Under the pieces are notes generated by a model. The model saw only the letters and a program-made list of their open reading frames with translations, was not told the origin of the DNA and searched no databases. From an uncultured bacterium (GTDB lineage Bacteria; CAYUVA01), in assembly GCA_964448115.1 (NCBI GenBank), contig CAYUVA010000004.1:62001-126000 (forward strand): 64,000 nucleotides of DNA. Reading direction: 5' to 3'. Of this stretch, positions 20,501-31,081 are shown piece after piece (the stretch's first letter is position 1; each line of letters begins with the position of its first letter). The position numbers and the translations under genes were made by a program.

Positions 20501-22596
20501 CCGAGAATCACCAGCCGGCTATGGATGAGCAAGCTGCCTTGCTCAACTCGTGCATATACCTGGTGGTCAAGGACGATTATGAGGGTGTGGATCCCGACTC
20601 GCTGTGGATGCAGGTCAATGATCTCAATGTAGCAGCTCAGCTCGAAAAGACAGCGGTTAAGGGGGGATATGCCATCAAGTACTGCCCAGGCTCAAATTAT
20701 GCACAGAATCAGCAGGTAAGGGTGCAGGTTCGTGCTTGCGATCTTGACCATACGCCAAAGTACATGCCTGCCGAGTTCTATACATTCACCACCGGGTTCA
20801 CTCCGGATACTGACACGCAGCCACCTTATATCGAGAGCTTCTCTCCAGCCAATGGCAGCGAGAATGTCGATGCAAACAAGACTATAAGCCTGCGCATAAG
20901 CGATACGCATCTTACCGTGGATGCAGGTTCGCTTGATATCAGGATAGAGGGTGTTCCTTACGGTTCGTGGGCACGCGGAATATTCATGCCCCTTGCAAGT
21001 GGGATTGATGTAATATTGGTGCCTTATGAGCCGCTGCCCTTCGGCCAGATGATAAATGTCTCCATAGATGCCTGCGATACAGCCATAATCCCCAACTGCT
21101 TTGCCTCGGTCCAGGAGTATAGCTTCCGGGTAGAATTCGCCGCCACCCCCACATCGACACCGACCGCCACTCAAACCGCTACTCCGACCATAACCCCCAC
21201 TGCCACGCCGAGCGCCACACCCACGATGACCGCTACCGGTATCCCGACCAGCTCTCCGACGCGGAGCCCGACCATGACGCCGACTGTAACTGCTACCCCG
21301 ACCAACACATTTACCCCCGCGATGACCTCCACTCCCACCCTGACCCCTACCAGGACATCGACACTTACCCGAACAGCTACCCCGACGCCTACAGTTACAT
21401 CTACCCCGACCGATACCATGGTTCCAACAAATACTGGTACGCCGACCTCTACGATGACCGCCACGCCGAGCAAGACTCCCACGGTAACGCCGACCTTTAC
21501 ACCGTCGCGCACCCCGACCTCCACTTCCACCGGCACCCCATGCTATTATGATGATGTTTACGAGCAGGGCGGTGGTAACGACACCCATGAGAGCGCCAAG
21601 CCGATCTCCGATACCGGAGGCGTTCAGAAGCACTACTATTGCAGCTCCAGCGATCAGGATTGGGCTTACTTCTACGGCATCACCAACCGGCGATACACCA
21701 TTTGGACATCACGGTTGGGGAGCGAGGCTGATACATCGCTCTACCTGTATAACAACCTGATGCAGCTCATCGATTATAATGATAACTATGCAGGAACCTT
21801 GGCTTCGCGTATCGAGTACGAGACCGGCTCCAGCTACGGGATCCTATATGTTAAATCTATCGATGCACAGGGTGGCTGGGGAAGCGATGCCTATTACGAT
21901 ATGCAGGTGATCTTCCAGGTCTATACCCCGACAGCGGTTCCCACCAGTACCCCGACTCGCACCCCCACGCCGTCGAACACGCCGACGGTAACCAACACCC
22001 CAACGCAGTCTCCCACCGCGACCCCGACCGGCACTTGTACTGGCACTCCTACCTCAACCCCAACCTATTCACCGACTGCTACTGCTACACCAACTAGCAC
22101 CCAGACTAACTTGCCCACCAGCACTCCCACCACCACCTCTACCCCGACGGCATCTCCCACCATGCTGCCCAGCAGCACACCGACAGTAACCATGATACCG
22201 ACCAATACCCCCAGCAGCACTCCATCTCCGACCGCCACGCCATCTGCGAGTCCGACCCGCACACCGACGCCCACTAAGCCTATCTCGGAGCCGGTGGTCT
22301 CCGTGGCTGGTTACATGACCACGGAGCTGTACTCGACTTTAGGCGGATACTTGAGTATCCTTGCGGTTGCCAGCAGCCCGGACAACTTCAAGATCGTAAG
22401 CGTCGAGCTTTATTATGGTCAAGAAGCGACCGGATTGATGCTTCCCATTGCGGACCCGGTGAACAATGTATTTATCTGGGAAGGTATATATGTAGGTCCG
22501 GGCGCGCCGCCGGGCAGGTACCCTGTGGAGATGATGGCTACTGATCAGTATGATAATCAAAGCGCGCTGTGGCCGTACCTGAATGTTGGTGAGTAG
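17542..22596 (+). CDS. Giant exported multidomain protein: signal peptide, nidogen-like domain, four Ig-like repeats, GATase-like domain, beta-propeller, PPC-like domain, Thr/Pro linkers, C-terminal 'WPYL' domain
   Basis: ATG 17542 after [20 protein letters not shown]; repeated PP.I....[13 protein letters not shown] repeats; TPT runs; ends [11 protein letters not shown]. Confidence 0.88.
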   Translation: MKNNLSICLAFLFLFIFLPFASLNATPTPTPTWVAQDTYGYEGRIDDTYRWYSIEDGTALTLSDDSYTRIDLPFDFRFYGMDYNHCYVNSNGQICFGTPSIEHVNAPIPSASLPNNFAAGLWADLDPADLFVIEGVFYKSLGTAPKRVAVVEWAGVPYATTGANDLYFQIILQESSNRLYYSYASIPDYSFADGQFAAVGIENPDGDDGIQYCYREKGKLWENLTLRFTPPDDLPPVISERYPAADANSVYNNSIIRLEIVDSLSGVDSNSIYMEVNGSEVSLAMASVPEGYDIRYTPPAPFADLQTVVVYIEASDNAGTPNTLYEYYTFTTGADLNDTVAPYPYDLSPFPGQIIVSTETTISLKIKDDETCVDKGSLFITVEGAPVTPESFIYPIPGGYEVYYVPETPFGYTQVVDITVSASDLSFPSQAMQPYSYSFTIYNVPTATPTFTPTDTPTFTDTPTATDTPIYTATPTSTPTATETWHWPGPTDTPTPTNTPTVTPTQAISVLIVSDDDAYPNYEAGGLTGAGYYQSILGSSYAVTIWYEKISGRPSLSTLQSYDLVIWSTGDYSTYAPDSTDRTTIENYLAGGGRLLISGCFIGMDNGNNHFFNDVLGAYYIFNESMEDVLVADYSHPLADGFHSVADTIKLIDAPSKLVYDPDLIGIMPGSNTIFMRGLESETPILPCVIGKETVDFKLVYISLPIYLFPDNERQVLVENAVNYLLAPLSTPTPTPLPSSIGYLVPLWDGGRVVEIDNRGQIGWEIPSLVHPVQAQRLYNKNTLVTQTNTNPSVLEFDYNGELVWAYYDLVNPTDAMRTASEETLICDPGQGRVLQVNLDKETTWSVDGLSLPVSAQRLDNGNTLIAEYSAGRVIEVAPNQNIVWSYDDLSGPTDAQRLDNGNTLIADDAGGRVIEVDPLGEIVWGFATIEAINKIQRTPLGTTLVAHPDISTILEGSLEGYINWEYYIDGSPQGCRLVGDFEPPYTENHQPAMDEQAALLNSCIYLVVKDDYEGVDPDSLWMQVNDLNVAAQLEKTAVKGGYAIKYCPGSNYAQNQQVRVQVRACDLDHTPKYMPAEFYTFTTGFTPDTDTQPPYIESFSPANGSENVDANKTISLRISDTHLTVDAGSLDIRIEGVPYGSWARGIFMPLASGIDVILVPYEPLPFGQMINVSIDACDTAIIPNCFASVQEYSFRVEFAATPTSTPTATQTATPTITPTATPSATPTMTATGIPTSSPTRSPTMTPTVTATPTNTFTPAMTSTPTLTPTRTSTLTRTATPTPTVTSTPTDTMVPTNTGTPTSTMTATPSKTPTVTPTFTPSRTPTSTSTGTPCYYDDVYEQGGGNDTHESAKPISDTGGVQKHYYCSSSDQDWAYFYGITNRRYTIWTSRLGSEADTSLYLYNNLMQLIDYNDNYAGTLASRIEYETGSSYGILYVKSIDAQGGWGSDAYYDMQVIFQVYTPTAVPTSTPTRTPTPSNTPTVTNTPTQSPTATPTGTCTGTPTSTPTYSPTATATPTSTQTNLPTSTPTTTSTPTASPTMLPSSTPTVTMIPTNTPSSTPSPTATPSASPTRTPTPTKPISEPVVSVAGYMTTELYSTLGGYLSILAVASSPDNFKIVSVELYYGQEATGLMLPIADPVNNVFIWEGIYVGPGAPPGRYPVEMMATDQYDNQSALWPYLNVGE

Positions 22597-22635
22597 ATTT
22601 TATGGCGCTCCAAGATGACCTGGTAAGGTTTACTG

Positions 22636-23982
22636 GTGAAGAATGGTAGCACCAAACGGCTCGTCTTGATAGTCCTATTCGGGCTATTGCTTCGCCTTTT
22701 ATATGTTGTCTATCTTGATAGCGGCTTTCCCATAAGCGATAGCCTTGATTACGACAAGCGAGCCATGAGCCTGCTTGATGGTCGTGGCTACGGCGACACC
22801 TTTCGCCCCCCGCTGTGTCCATTTTTTCTGGCAGTTGTCTATTGGCTCTTCGGTCATCAGTATCTTGCAGTCAAGCTCATCCAGTCCTTGTTCAGCGCGG
22901 GCACAATATTGCTGGCTTATGTTTTGGGCAAAATGCTCTTTGATAATCATGCAGCGCTGGCTGGCGCCCTGATAGTAGCCATGTATCCGAGCCTGATCAT
23001 AAACTGCGGGCAACTGCTGAGTGAAACGGTCTATACTGCAATTCTGACCGCCATGGTGCTATTGGTGATAATTGCCTCCAGATCGAAAAGAAGATGGCTG
23101 CTCAGGGCAGCAGCCGGGTTTCTCATGGGATTGGGGACCCTAGGCAAACCGGTTCTTCTGATGTTCGTGCCCTTTTGGTTGGTCTATGAAACAGTGAGCC
23201 ATAAAAGCCTATTCATAGCACTAAGAAACCTGCTTCCTTGCATTTTAGCTGCCCTGTTCGCCATAGCTCCCTGGATCGCCTACAATTTTGCCAGGTATGA
23301 TCGCTTTATATATATTGACACTAATGGGGGCTTCAATTTCTGGGTAGGCAATAACCCGCAATCGACCGGCAAGATGGAGGAATATGCAGTCGCAGCCTAT
23401 TTTGAGTTCAGCGATGATTTCGAGCGCCAGCGGGAGCTTTACAAGCGAGCCTTGAGATTCATCAGGGACAATCCAATCCACTTCTTGAGGCTGTTCATTG
23501 CCAAGGTGCGAATCTTCACCGGCATCGAGGGTCGCCAGTTCAGCCATCTTTATGTTACCAACTACTACGGCAAGATCCCCACATTATCTTTGTTTATCAT
23601 GTTATCAGCCATTGTTATCTCCTTCCCTTTACTAGCCATTTTTTTTCTGATCGGCTTATTTATGCTACCTCGCATGGAGTACGGCTTGGGGCTTATGCTG
23701 ACGCTGTTGGGGTACTATATACTTATTCACGCCTTATCGGTAACTGAGGCTCGCTATCATTTTCCGGTGGTGCCGCTTTTGGCAACGCTAGCGGGGTATG
23801 GAATGATAAAAACAAAGGAGCTTCATATAGCAATGAAAAAATCCTCCAAGGCTAAGCTGTTGGCAATTGTGAGCATATTGGGGATTTTGCTAATCTCTTG
23901 GAGTTTACAGATCATCGCATTTATCCCCCGGGCACAGACAATGCTTGCGCCGCTAGGCAATGTCTCCTTTTTGCCATATTGA
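22636..23982 (+). CDS. ArnT/PMT-like GT-C glycosyltransferase
   Basis: SDSLDYD, FRPPLCPFFLA, LLSETVY, PWIAYN, NGGFNFWVGNNP, EARYHFP. Confidence 0.85.
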   Translation: MKNGSTKRLVLIVLFGLLLRLLYVVYLDSGFPISDSLDYDKRAMSLLDGRGYGDTFRPPLCPFFLAVVYWLFGHQYLAVKLIQSLFSAGTILLAYVLGKMLFDNHAALAGALIVAMYPSLIINCGQLLSETVYTAILTAMVLLVIIASRSKRRWLLRAAAGFLMGLGTLGKPVLLMFVPFWLVYETVSHKSLFIALRNLLPCILAALFAIAPWIAYNFARYDRFIYIDTNGGFNFWVGNNPQSTGKMEEYAVAAYFEFSDDFERQRELYKRALRFIRDNPIHFLRLFIAKVRIFTGIEGRQFSHLYVTNYYGKIPTLSLFIMLSAIVISFPLLAIFFLIGLFMLPRMEYGLGLMLTLLGYYILIHALSVTEARYHFPVVPLLATLAGYGMIKTKELHIAMKKSSKAKLLAIVSILGILLISWSLQIIAFIPRAQTMLAPLGNVSFLPY

Positions 23983-24041
23983 TGTCTATTATGTTTTAAT
24001 GCTGGCGCAAAATCCTAAAAGGTATTATATTATATATACAA

Positions 24042-24418
24042 GGCAAGACAGCCGGGTGGTCGCTGTGAGCCTAATACTCGCAGAGGAAAGTCCGAACTCC
24101 ACAGGGCAGGACGCTGGGTAACACCCAGAGGGGGCGACCCCATGGAAAGTGCCACAGAGAACAGACCGCCTAAGCAGCCATCGCAGGCTGCCGGCAAGGG
24201 TGAAACGGTAGGGTAAGAGCCTACCAGCAAGGGAGGCGACTCCCCTGGCTCGGCAAACCCCGTCCGGAGCAAGACCATGTATAGGAGCGATACTAGGGCT
24301 GCCCGCCCGATGCTCCAGGGTAGGTCGCAACGAGGCTGTCGGCAACGGCAGACCCTAGATTAATGACCACCATCCCGCTTTATTGGGATACAGAATTCGG
24401 CTTACAGGCTGTCTTGCC
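24042..24418 (+). ncRNA. rnpB: RNase P RNA (type A)
   Basis: GAGGAAAGTCCGAACTC, GGAAAGTGCCACAGA, GGGTGAAACGG..GGTAAGAGC, GGCAAACCCC, ACAGAATTCGGCTTA; ends GGCAAGACAGCC/GGCTGTCTTGCC pair as P1. Confidence 0.98.
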
Positions 24419-24588
24419 ACTACTTTGCTAATACCACTCGGATTTTGAAAGAGTTGTTTTTATCGATTATATTTGGCAGCAATGGAACCGAATGATTATC
24501 GCAACTTAGATATTCTACAATGGGCTTTGGGGTTTCATCCACCTCCTGCAACTTTAACCATTTACCTAAGCAGCAGATAGGGCGATCC

Positions 24589-27111
24589 CTACTTTATCAC
24601 CAGGTTTGAAAATGCAACCGCTAGATCCCTGGTGTCAGTAGAGACGCCAATGGTAATGCGATTGTGCATCAAGGGGATCTTACTTTGTTGTGCCGTCCCC
24701 TTTTTAGCTCCCTTCACCCCCACTGCCGCGCCGAGGTAGGGGGTGTACTCGATGCCGAAGCCCTCCAGCTCACGCACAAGCTCGGATCGTATAGGGAAGA
24801 ATCCCCTAAGCTCGCAGAATATTTGCACCAGCTTGTCACCAGGCATTTCTTTGATCTTGTCCATGAATTCTCGAGCTTCCAGGGGACTCTTTAGAGGGGT
24901 GGCGCGGTCAATAAAGTTGATGCTCCAGTTATCCATATCCAGAGCAGCCAGAGTCCAATACTTATACCTTAAAGACCATCGAGCATTCCTTTTAGCGAAC
25001 AGTCTTTCAAAGATGCTCTCGGTTATTTTTAATGCCTTGAATTTATCGAAGATTAAAGCGATAGTGCTATCCTTCAATGCCAGGGCGATGATGGTTCCCT
25101 GCGGCAGGCTTCGCAGATAGGCAACCATCCGCTCGCTCTCCCCTGCATTCCAATGGATATTGAAACAATCACGCCTGATAATCTCGCCGCTTTCGGGCTC
25201 GATTGCCACCAGGTTGTAACCCAACCCCTCCGGGGAGTGATTGATTCCATCTATGACAATATGTGCCGAGTTGCCGTTATGATAAGAGGTTGCATCAATC
25301 AGGATCCCTACCGGGGACCGAATTCCAGTGGCGCCTATCATAAAATCTCCAAGCGGAAAGTTGCAAGGCTTGCTCGTGTAGTTATAACGCAATTGAAGGG
25401 CATTGACTCCTTTCTTGAGGAATTTTGGGGGAACGATTGCTGGATAATCATGCCAGCCGCCCTCCAGTAATTCAAAGGTCTTCAGGAAATGTCCATTGAT
25501 GAAGATGGTAACCTTGCGCGGGGGAATATCATCATAAATAAGCGGATGCAGATGGAGGCTAATCAAATGCATCCTATCGCTAAGCTGCGGAAGCCAAAGC
25601 ATGCTCTCCTCGCCGACGCTCCAGCGGTATGGAGTGCCATCGCTCCAGTTCTCGGCGGGACCCCACCCTTTTGCCAGGTACTTCTCGTGCTGGGAGACGC
25701 AACAGCCAAGCACGAACTCCTCTTTGGGTTTAGAATCGACCATTGGTGGAGGAACGGGAGCGCCAAAAAGCAATCTGGAAAAAACAGAAACCGATCGGTA
25801 CCTGGCGCCATACCATAGGTGCCTGAGCATACCAGGGCAATACCCAATCGCCTGGTAATGATTAGCCGGCTCCATAGCGCCGAACGATCCACGCGTAAAC
25901 TCCATAGAAAGCAACATGTTCCAACCAACAAGAAACACAATTATCAGCGCAATAATTGTTCTTACAAAGCCAATCTTCAGGCTGCGCACCCTCTGGAGCA
26001 ATGCAGCCAATCCAAAGGCAAATATCGGGGTGCAGTTGATGAATCGCCTGGCTCCATAAGCCTGACCGCCCCACCAGTCCCACACCGTGCTGTTGAGATA
26101 CCACTGCAGGATGAAAACGCATAGAAGCAAAATAGACAGTATGCGAAGTTCGCCTTGATAGGTGGCTTTGTTTGGAGAAAGTGCCCTTTTTGGAAATATG
26201 AACAGGTAGCCGATAAATGAAATCCCAATGATAGGCGTTATATAAAACAAGCCGTTGTTTGCTGAGAAAAGTACCCTGCAAAGCTGGGGATGAAAAAGGT
26301 CGAGGAACCCCCTGCCCTGTGGAATAGTGAGGATCGAGCTATACATAACTCGCCATACCAACAACTGGGGTAGAAATACCATCAAAGCGCCGATGCCCAA
26401 AGGAATGACTGAAACGAGTAATCTTTTAAGCCATAAATCTTCATGCCTTATTCTATCCATGATAAAAGCAAGTATTATCAAGGCAAATAAAATATTCTGC
26501 CAACGAACCAATGCGCATAATCCCAGGCAAAGCCCAATAATAAGCCATCTTTTTACATCGCTTTTCGGCTTGAAATTCAGGCTCATATATAAAAACAAGA
26601 TTACTGCAAAAAACGATACTCCATGCGACATCGATGGCTCGAAGACAACATAATAGAACAGTGAAGTGCCAAGATAGCTTATAAATGAAGCGCTTTGGGC
26701 AACGCCCTTATCGAAATATCTGCACAAAAGCCTATAGAGCAGCCAAACGCCGAGAATCGAATAAATAAGCGTGCCCAGACAGCTCAGATAAATGGTGGTA
26801 TTGCTCATGCCATCGGCGATGACCGTCAGACACTTACCAGCCCTAGCCAACTCGATGGCATATCCGACAAGAAAAAACGGCAACCACAGCAAAGCCACGC
26901 CGATTGAGAATACATTGTACTTGAAGTTGATTTGCCCCTCCACGACAAGCGACTTCAGGTAGATATAATAGTTGATCCCGTCTAACTCCAGCCTCGGATG
27001 ATCGAAGTGAAAGCAGGCAAATGAGAATACTGCCAGGCAAATCCAGGGCAGGTATTTTCCGCCTCGGTTATTTAAGGAATTCCTGTATTCCCGCGCTTTG
27101 TGGTTTATCAT
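24589..27111 (-). CDS. GT-C membrane glycosyltransferase with external beta-sandwich and ILEI/PANDER-like domain
   Basis: DGINYY.YLKS, PSMSHG, LVRWQN, WWGGQAYGARRF; GW...E.....RWS; GYNLVAIEPESGEI....FN. Confidence 0.78.
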   Translation of the reverse strand: MINHKAREYRNSLNNRGGKYLPWICLAVFSFACFHFDHPRLELDGINYYIYLKSLVVEGQINFKYNVFSIGVALLWLPFFLVGYAIELARAGKCLTVIADGMSNTTIYLSCLGTLIYSILGVWLLYRLLCRYFDKGVAQSASFISYLGTSLFYYVVFEPSMSHGVSFFAVILFLYMSLNFKPKSDVKRWLIIGLCLGLCALVRWQNILFALIILAFIMDRIRHEDLWLKRLLVSVIPLGIGALMVFLPQLLVWRVMYSSILTIPQGRGFLDLFHPQLCRVLFSANNGLFYITPIIGISFIGYLFIFPKRALSPNKATYQGELRILSILLLCVFILQWYLNSTVWDWWGGQAYGARRFINCTPIFAFGLAALLQRVRSLKIGFVRTIIALIIVFLVGWNMLLSMEFTRGSFGAMEPANHYQAIGYCPGMLRHLWYGARYRSVSVFSRLLFGAPVPPPMVDSKPKEEFVLGCCVSQHEKYLAKGWGPAENWSDGTPYRWSVGEESMLWLPQLSDRMHLISLHLHPLIYDDIPPRKVTIFINGHFLKTFELLEGGWHDYPAIVPPKFLKKGVNALQLRYNYTSKPCNFPLGDFMIGATGIRSPVGILIDATSYHNGNSAHIVIDGINHSPEGLGYNLVAIEPESGEIIRRDCFNIHWNAGESERMVAYLRSLPQGTIIALALKDSTIALIFDKFKALKITESIFERLFAKRNARWSLRYKYWTLAALDMDNWSINFIDRATPLKSPLEAREFMDKIKEMPGDKLVQIFCELRGFFPIRSELVRELEGFGIEYTPYLGAAVGVKGAKKGTAQQSKIPLMHNRITIGVSTDTRDLAVAFSNLVIK

Positions 27112-28607
27112 TACTTCACCTTGAATTTGAAAACAATAATATCGAAGTCCTTTAATCTGCTGCTTAATCGTTTCCGGTATAACATTTTAGCTTCGTTGCG
27201 CAGCTTATCGAGCAGCACCTCCATCTCATCAGCATTATAGCTTGTATAAGGAACCACCAGGAAAAGATTTTCGTGCTCTTGCAGCAACCCGGTCAGCCTG
27301 GCGAGCAGCTCATCAACATCGTTGCCGGTGATATCGTGAAGCTCAATTCCGGTTGGCTTGTGATACTTCCAGCTCAGATAGCTGTATGATCCCACGCCGG
27401 GGAGCACTTCAGGCACCTTTGCCACAACATCGCCAGTTTGATAGGTCTCAATGATAAGAGCATAGGCATCCTGTACGCGCGGCTTGGTGTATCCTCCAAG
27501 ATTGAACATAAAAAGGACGAAAAGGTTGATTATCACAAATGCAGAGATAGCAATATATCGAGCGTACTTTCCTGAGAAATGGTAGATCAAGGTTGAAATA
27601 AAAAGATAAAAATATGGCAAAAAAATGACCATCGGATGGGATCTATATATTACAAGCCCTGTGCCCATCGCAACCGATACCACTAAATATGGCAGCGCCA
27701 CTGCTGATAATGAGAACACAAGAGCTGAACGATTTTTTAAGCTAGCCTGTTTTATCCCCAACGCAATGCTCCCCGCCAACCAAAGCACTGCTAAAACATA
27801 CAACCACGGGAATCGCCCATAGAAATCACTGTTACCATAGCCGAGAAATTTTAACACCAAAACGACCATTACTTTGGGAATGGAAACCTCAGGTGCGAAT
27901 GCAATCGGCTCTCTGAGTTTGCTTAAATGACCATACAATGCCCCATGCCATGGCAAAATAGAGCATAAAGCCAAGCTATGAAATACCAAAGAAATCCTTA
28001 TAGCCTGCTGCCTTCTTGAATGCCAAAATGAGTATAAAAATAAACTGACTATAAACAAGATGGCAAAGTAATGTGTATAAATCGCAGCTATGGCAAACAA
28101 TAGATATGCCAAATAATGGCAATATCGAGCTGATTTTACTGCCATAAAGTAAAATATCGCCGCTGCCAGGCATAACATGGCACAAATCGAATACATGCGC
28201 GCCTCTTGGGAGTACCAGGTATGAAACGGCGAAATGCAAAGAAAAATCCCGGCGAGCATTCCAATCCATCGATTGGCAATCTTCTTCCCTAGAATATAAA
28301 GCAGAAGCACCGACAGGACTCCGCAAATCGCCGATAGGAGCCTTGCAGCTACATAACCATGGCCGAATAATGAGATCCAGCAATGAAGCAGCAGGTAATA
28401 AAATGGAGGATGAACCTCGACAACTTGGGGGCTAGTGATATATTTTACGATCTCAGGAGCGCTTTTTTTCGCTACCATTATGCTGAAGGCTTCATCGCCC
28501 CAGATGCTCATCCCTCCTAGGTTTAGAAGCCGTAGAAATAGAGCAAGCAAGGCTAACAGGGAAATGGTGGCTATTTCCTTTTTATCAAGACCTTTGAGCA
28601 TAAGCAC
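27111..28607 (-). CDS. ArnT/PMT-like GT-C glycosyltransferase
   Basis: SIWGDEAFS, HPPFYYLLLH.W, YSQEARMYS, YTHYF. Confidence 0.88.
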   Translation of the reverse strand: MLMLKGLDKKEIATISLLALLALFLRLLNLGGMSIWGDEAFSIMVAKKSAPEIVKYITSPQVVEVHPPFYYLLLHCWISLFGHGYVAARLLSAICGVLSVLLLYILGKKIANRWIGMLAGIFLCISPFHTWYSQEARMYSICAMLCLAAAIFYFMAVKSARYCHYLAYLLFAIAAIYTHYFAILFIVSLFLYSFWHSRRQQAIRISLVFHSLALCSILPWHGALYGHLSKLREPIAFAPEVSIPKVMVVLVLKFLGYGNSDFYGRFPWLYVLAVLWLAGSIALGIKQASLKNRSALVFSLSAVALPYLVVSVAMGTGLVIYRSHPMVIFLPYFYLFISTLIYHFSGKYARYIAISAFVIINLFVLFMFNLGGYTKPRVQDAYALIIETYQTGDVVAKVPEVLPGVGSYSYLSWKYHKPTGIELHDITGNDVDELLARLTGLLQEHENLFLVVPYTSYNADEMEVLLDKLRNEAKMLYRKRLSSRLKDFDIIVFKFKVK

Positions 28608-28764
28608 TCTTTCATATCACTTTATGCCGATTCATCAGAACCCAATTTTCTTATGCTGATTCTTAGGCTATGGCGATATTATCAATTAACGGCTCGCTTT
28701 TACAGACTAACGCTCCTGTCCATTGGGAGTAAGACTCGGTTTTTTGCTTGTACTTCTTGCTTTT

Positions 28765-28793
28765 TTGCCTAGCTTAATGTCGGTTGTTATAAT
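28765..28793 (+). promoter_or_regulatory. Sigma70 promoter with extended -10 for recD2
   Basis: TTGCCT-N17-TATAAT preceded by TGn. Confidence 0.65.
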
Positions 28794-28824
28794 CGCTAGC
28801 AGTCGATAGTGAAGTATATATAAT

Positions 28825-30999
28825 ATGGAGCTAAAAGGTACAATCGAGCGCATCATTTATGAGAATGAGCACAACAATTACAAGGTTTTCTCCCTGAAAT
28901 CACCGGGCTTTAAACAGCCGATCACCGTAGTCGGTTACCTTTTACCTATTACTCCTGGTGAGGATATCGAAGTAAGTGGCGAGTGGAGGCGACATAAGGA
29001 ATATGGCAAACAGTTCCTGGCCAAGACCTGTCGCACCATAGCCCCTACTACCGAGGCGGGGATACTGAAATACCTGTCCTCCGGGCTTATCAAGGGCATT
29101 GGCAAGGAGTACGCACGAAGACTGGTCTCCAAGTTCGGTGAACAGACGCTGGATATCATCGAGAACCAGCCGAAAAAGCTGCTTACTGTAAACGGGATCG
29201 GTCAGAAGCGCTACCATGCGATAATAGAGGCATGGAGGCAGCAGAGGGCGATCCGAGACATCATGCTTTTTTTGTACTCTGTGAACATCGGCTCCAGCCT
29301 GGCGATGAAGATCTTCAAGAAATACGGCGCAGACTCCATAAGTCTCGTGAAAGCTAACCCATATCAGCTTGCAGTAGATATCAAGGGGATCGGCTTCAAG
29401 ATAGCCGACTCCATCGCAGCCAAGCTCGGCTTGAGCCAGGATTCACCAGATAGGATCAAGGCAGCCCTGGTGCACTGCCTGAATGATGCAGCCGCTGATG
29501 GACATACTATGATGCCACAAGCAGAGCTTCTCGCAAAGGCAAAAGAACTGCTTGAGCTTGATGAGCCGATAATTCTCGATGCTCTCCAGGAGGCAGCGAA
29601 GCAAGACCTGGTGGTGCTGGAGGAGACCAAAAAAGGAAGCGTGATCGTATATCTGAAAGGTTATCACTATGCAGAGAATATGGCTGCGCAAAACCTCGCA
29701 AGACTGATAAATACCCCGCGAAGTATAAGAGAGATCGATATGGCCCGAGCCATCGACTGGGTGGAAAAACAGCATAATATACAGCTCGCTGACAAGCAGA
29801 AGCAAGCAATTCGCATGGCAATCGAAAACAAGGTGATGATCCTGACTGGCGGACCCGGCACCGGCAAGACGACCATCATTCGTTGCATCATATCCATATT
29901 CTCCAAGCTCGGCTTGCGTATTTTGCTGGCAGCCCCAACCGGCAGGGCAGCCAAGCGCATGTCGGAGACTACTGGACATAAGGCGGTAACCATTCACCGC
30001 CTTTTAGGCTTTGAGCCTTCTACCGGCACTTTTAGATACAACCAGGATCATCCCCTGAAGGCGAAGCTATTGATCCTAGATGAGGTCTCCATGATCGATA
30101 TCCTGTTGTTTCATCACTTGCTCAAGGCGATCCACCCAACTGCATCGCTGATCATGGTCGGAGACATGGATCAATTGCCCTCGGTCGGCGCCGGGAATGT
30201 CATTCGAGACCTTATATACTCCAATGCTATACCTACGACTAAGCTGGATCAGATCTTCCGCCAGGCAAAACGCAGCCTGATCGTGCTGAATGCCCACAAG
30301 ATAAATAATGGCGAATTCCCCATTATACCCAAACCGGATAAGGCTAAGAAAAACGACTTCTATTTCATCGAGGACGAGAAAATGGATCATATAGTCGGGA
30401 TGATAGAGTTCTTGGTCTCAAAACGTATCCCGGAACGCTACGGCATACTCCCCCACCAGATCCAGGTGATAACTCCCATGCACAAAGGATTACTGGGAAC
30501 CCACAATCTGAACCAACGATTGCAAGAAAAGATAAATCCGAAAAAGGGAGAATCGATAAACGCCTTTGGCTTCAACTACCGACCAGGGGACCGGGTCATG
30601 CAACTGCAAAATAATTACGATAAGGATGTCTTCAACGGAGACATAGGATTCATCGCCGAGATAGACAACGAATACAGCGAGATCTCGGTCAACTTCTATG
30701 GCAGAAAGGTAACCTACGACCGCTATGATCTCGATCAGCTAACCCTGGCTTATGCGATAACTGTCCATAAGTCCCAAGGAAGCGAATACCCAGCCGTGGT
30801 GGTGCCATACACTGTCTCACATTACATGATGCTGCAAAGGAATTTACTCTACACGGCAATAACCAGGGCGAGAAAGCTGGTGGTTATCATTGGACAGAAA
30901 AAGGCGATATACCTTTCTTTATCGAGAAGCAGCGTGATAAAGCGGCACTCGATGCTGGATCGAAGGCTGATAAAGATCCTCAAGGAAGTGGTACCGTGA
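28825..30999 (+). CDS. recD2: RecD2-like SF1B DNA helicase
   Basis: N-terminal OB/HhH (IKGIG), TGGPGTGKTT, APTGRAAKRM, DEVSM, GDMDQLPSVGAG, YAITVHKSQGSEY. Confidence 0.96.
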   Translation: MELKGTIERIIYENEHNNYKVFSLKSPGFKQPITVVGYLLPITPGEDIEVSGEWRRHKEYGKQFLAKTCRTIAPTTEAGILKYLSSGLIKGIGKEYARRLVSKFGEQTLDIIENQPKKLLTVNGIGQKRYHAIIEAWRQQRAIRDIMLFLYSVNIGSSLAMKIFKKYGADSISLVKANPYQLAVDIKGIGFKIADSIAAKLGLSQDSPDRIKAALVHCLNDAAADGHTMMPQAELLAKAKELLELDEPIILDALQEAAKQDLVVLEETKKGSVIVYLKGYHYAENMAAQNLARLINTPRSIREIDMARAIDWVEKQHNIQLADKQKQAIRMAIENKVMILTGGPGTGKTTIIRCIISIFSKLGLRILLAAPTGRAAKRMSETTGHKAVTIHRLLGFEPSTGTFRYNQDHPLKAKLLILDEVSMIDILLFHHLLKAIHPTASLIMVGDMDQLPSVGAGNVIRDLIYSNAIPTTKLDQIFRQAKRSLIVLNAHKINNGEFPIIPKPDKAKKNDFYFIEDEKMDHIVGMIEFLVSKRIPERYGILPHQIQVITPMHKGLLGTHNLNQRLQEKINPKKGESINAFGFNYRPGDRVMQLQNNYDKDVFNGDIGFIAEIDNEYSEISVNFYGRKVTYDRYDLDQLTLAYAITVHKSQGSEYPAVVVPYTVSHYMMLQRNLLYTAITRARKLVVIIGQKKAIYLSLSRSSVIKRHSMLDRRLIKILKEVVP

Positions 31000-31060
31000 T
31001 ACCGTGATACCGTGATACCGTGATACCGTGATACCGTGATACCGTGATACCGTGATACCG
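30992..31060. repeat. Perfect octamer tandem repeat (TACCGTGA)x8 + TACCG
   Basis: Counted directly; the first unit supplies the recD2 TGA stop. Confidence 0.98.
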
Positions 31061-31081
31061 GCGGGAAGGACAATACATGTG

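Noticed and set aside
20692-21633. 313-aa Gly/Arg-rich antisense ORF, and similar ones at 18583, 21171, 22065, 35864 and 36061
   Set aside because: Antisense reading of Thr/Pro codon tracts, which lack stops.
24025-24345. Minus-strand ORFs of 106 and 82 aa
   Set aside because: Shadows of rnpB.
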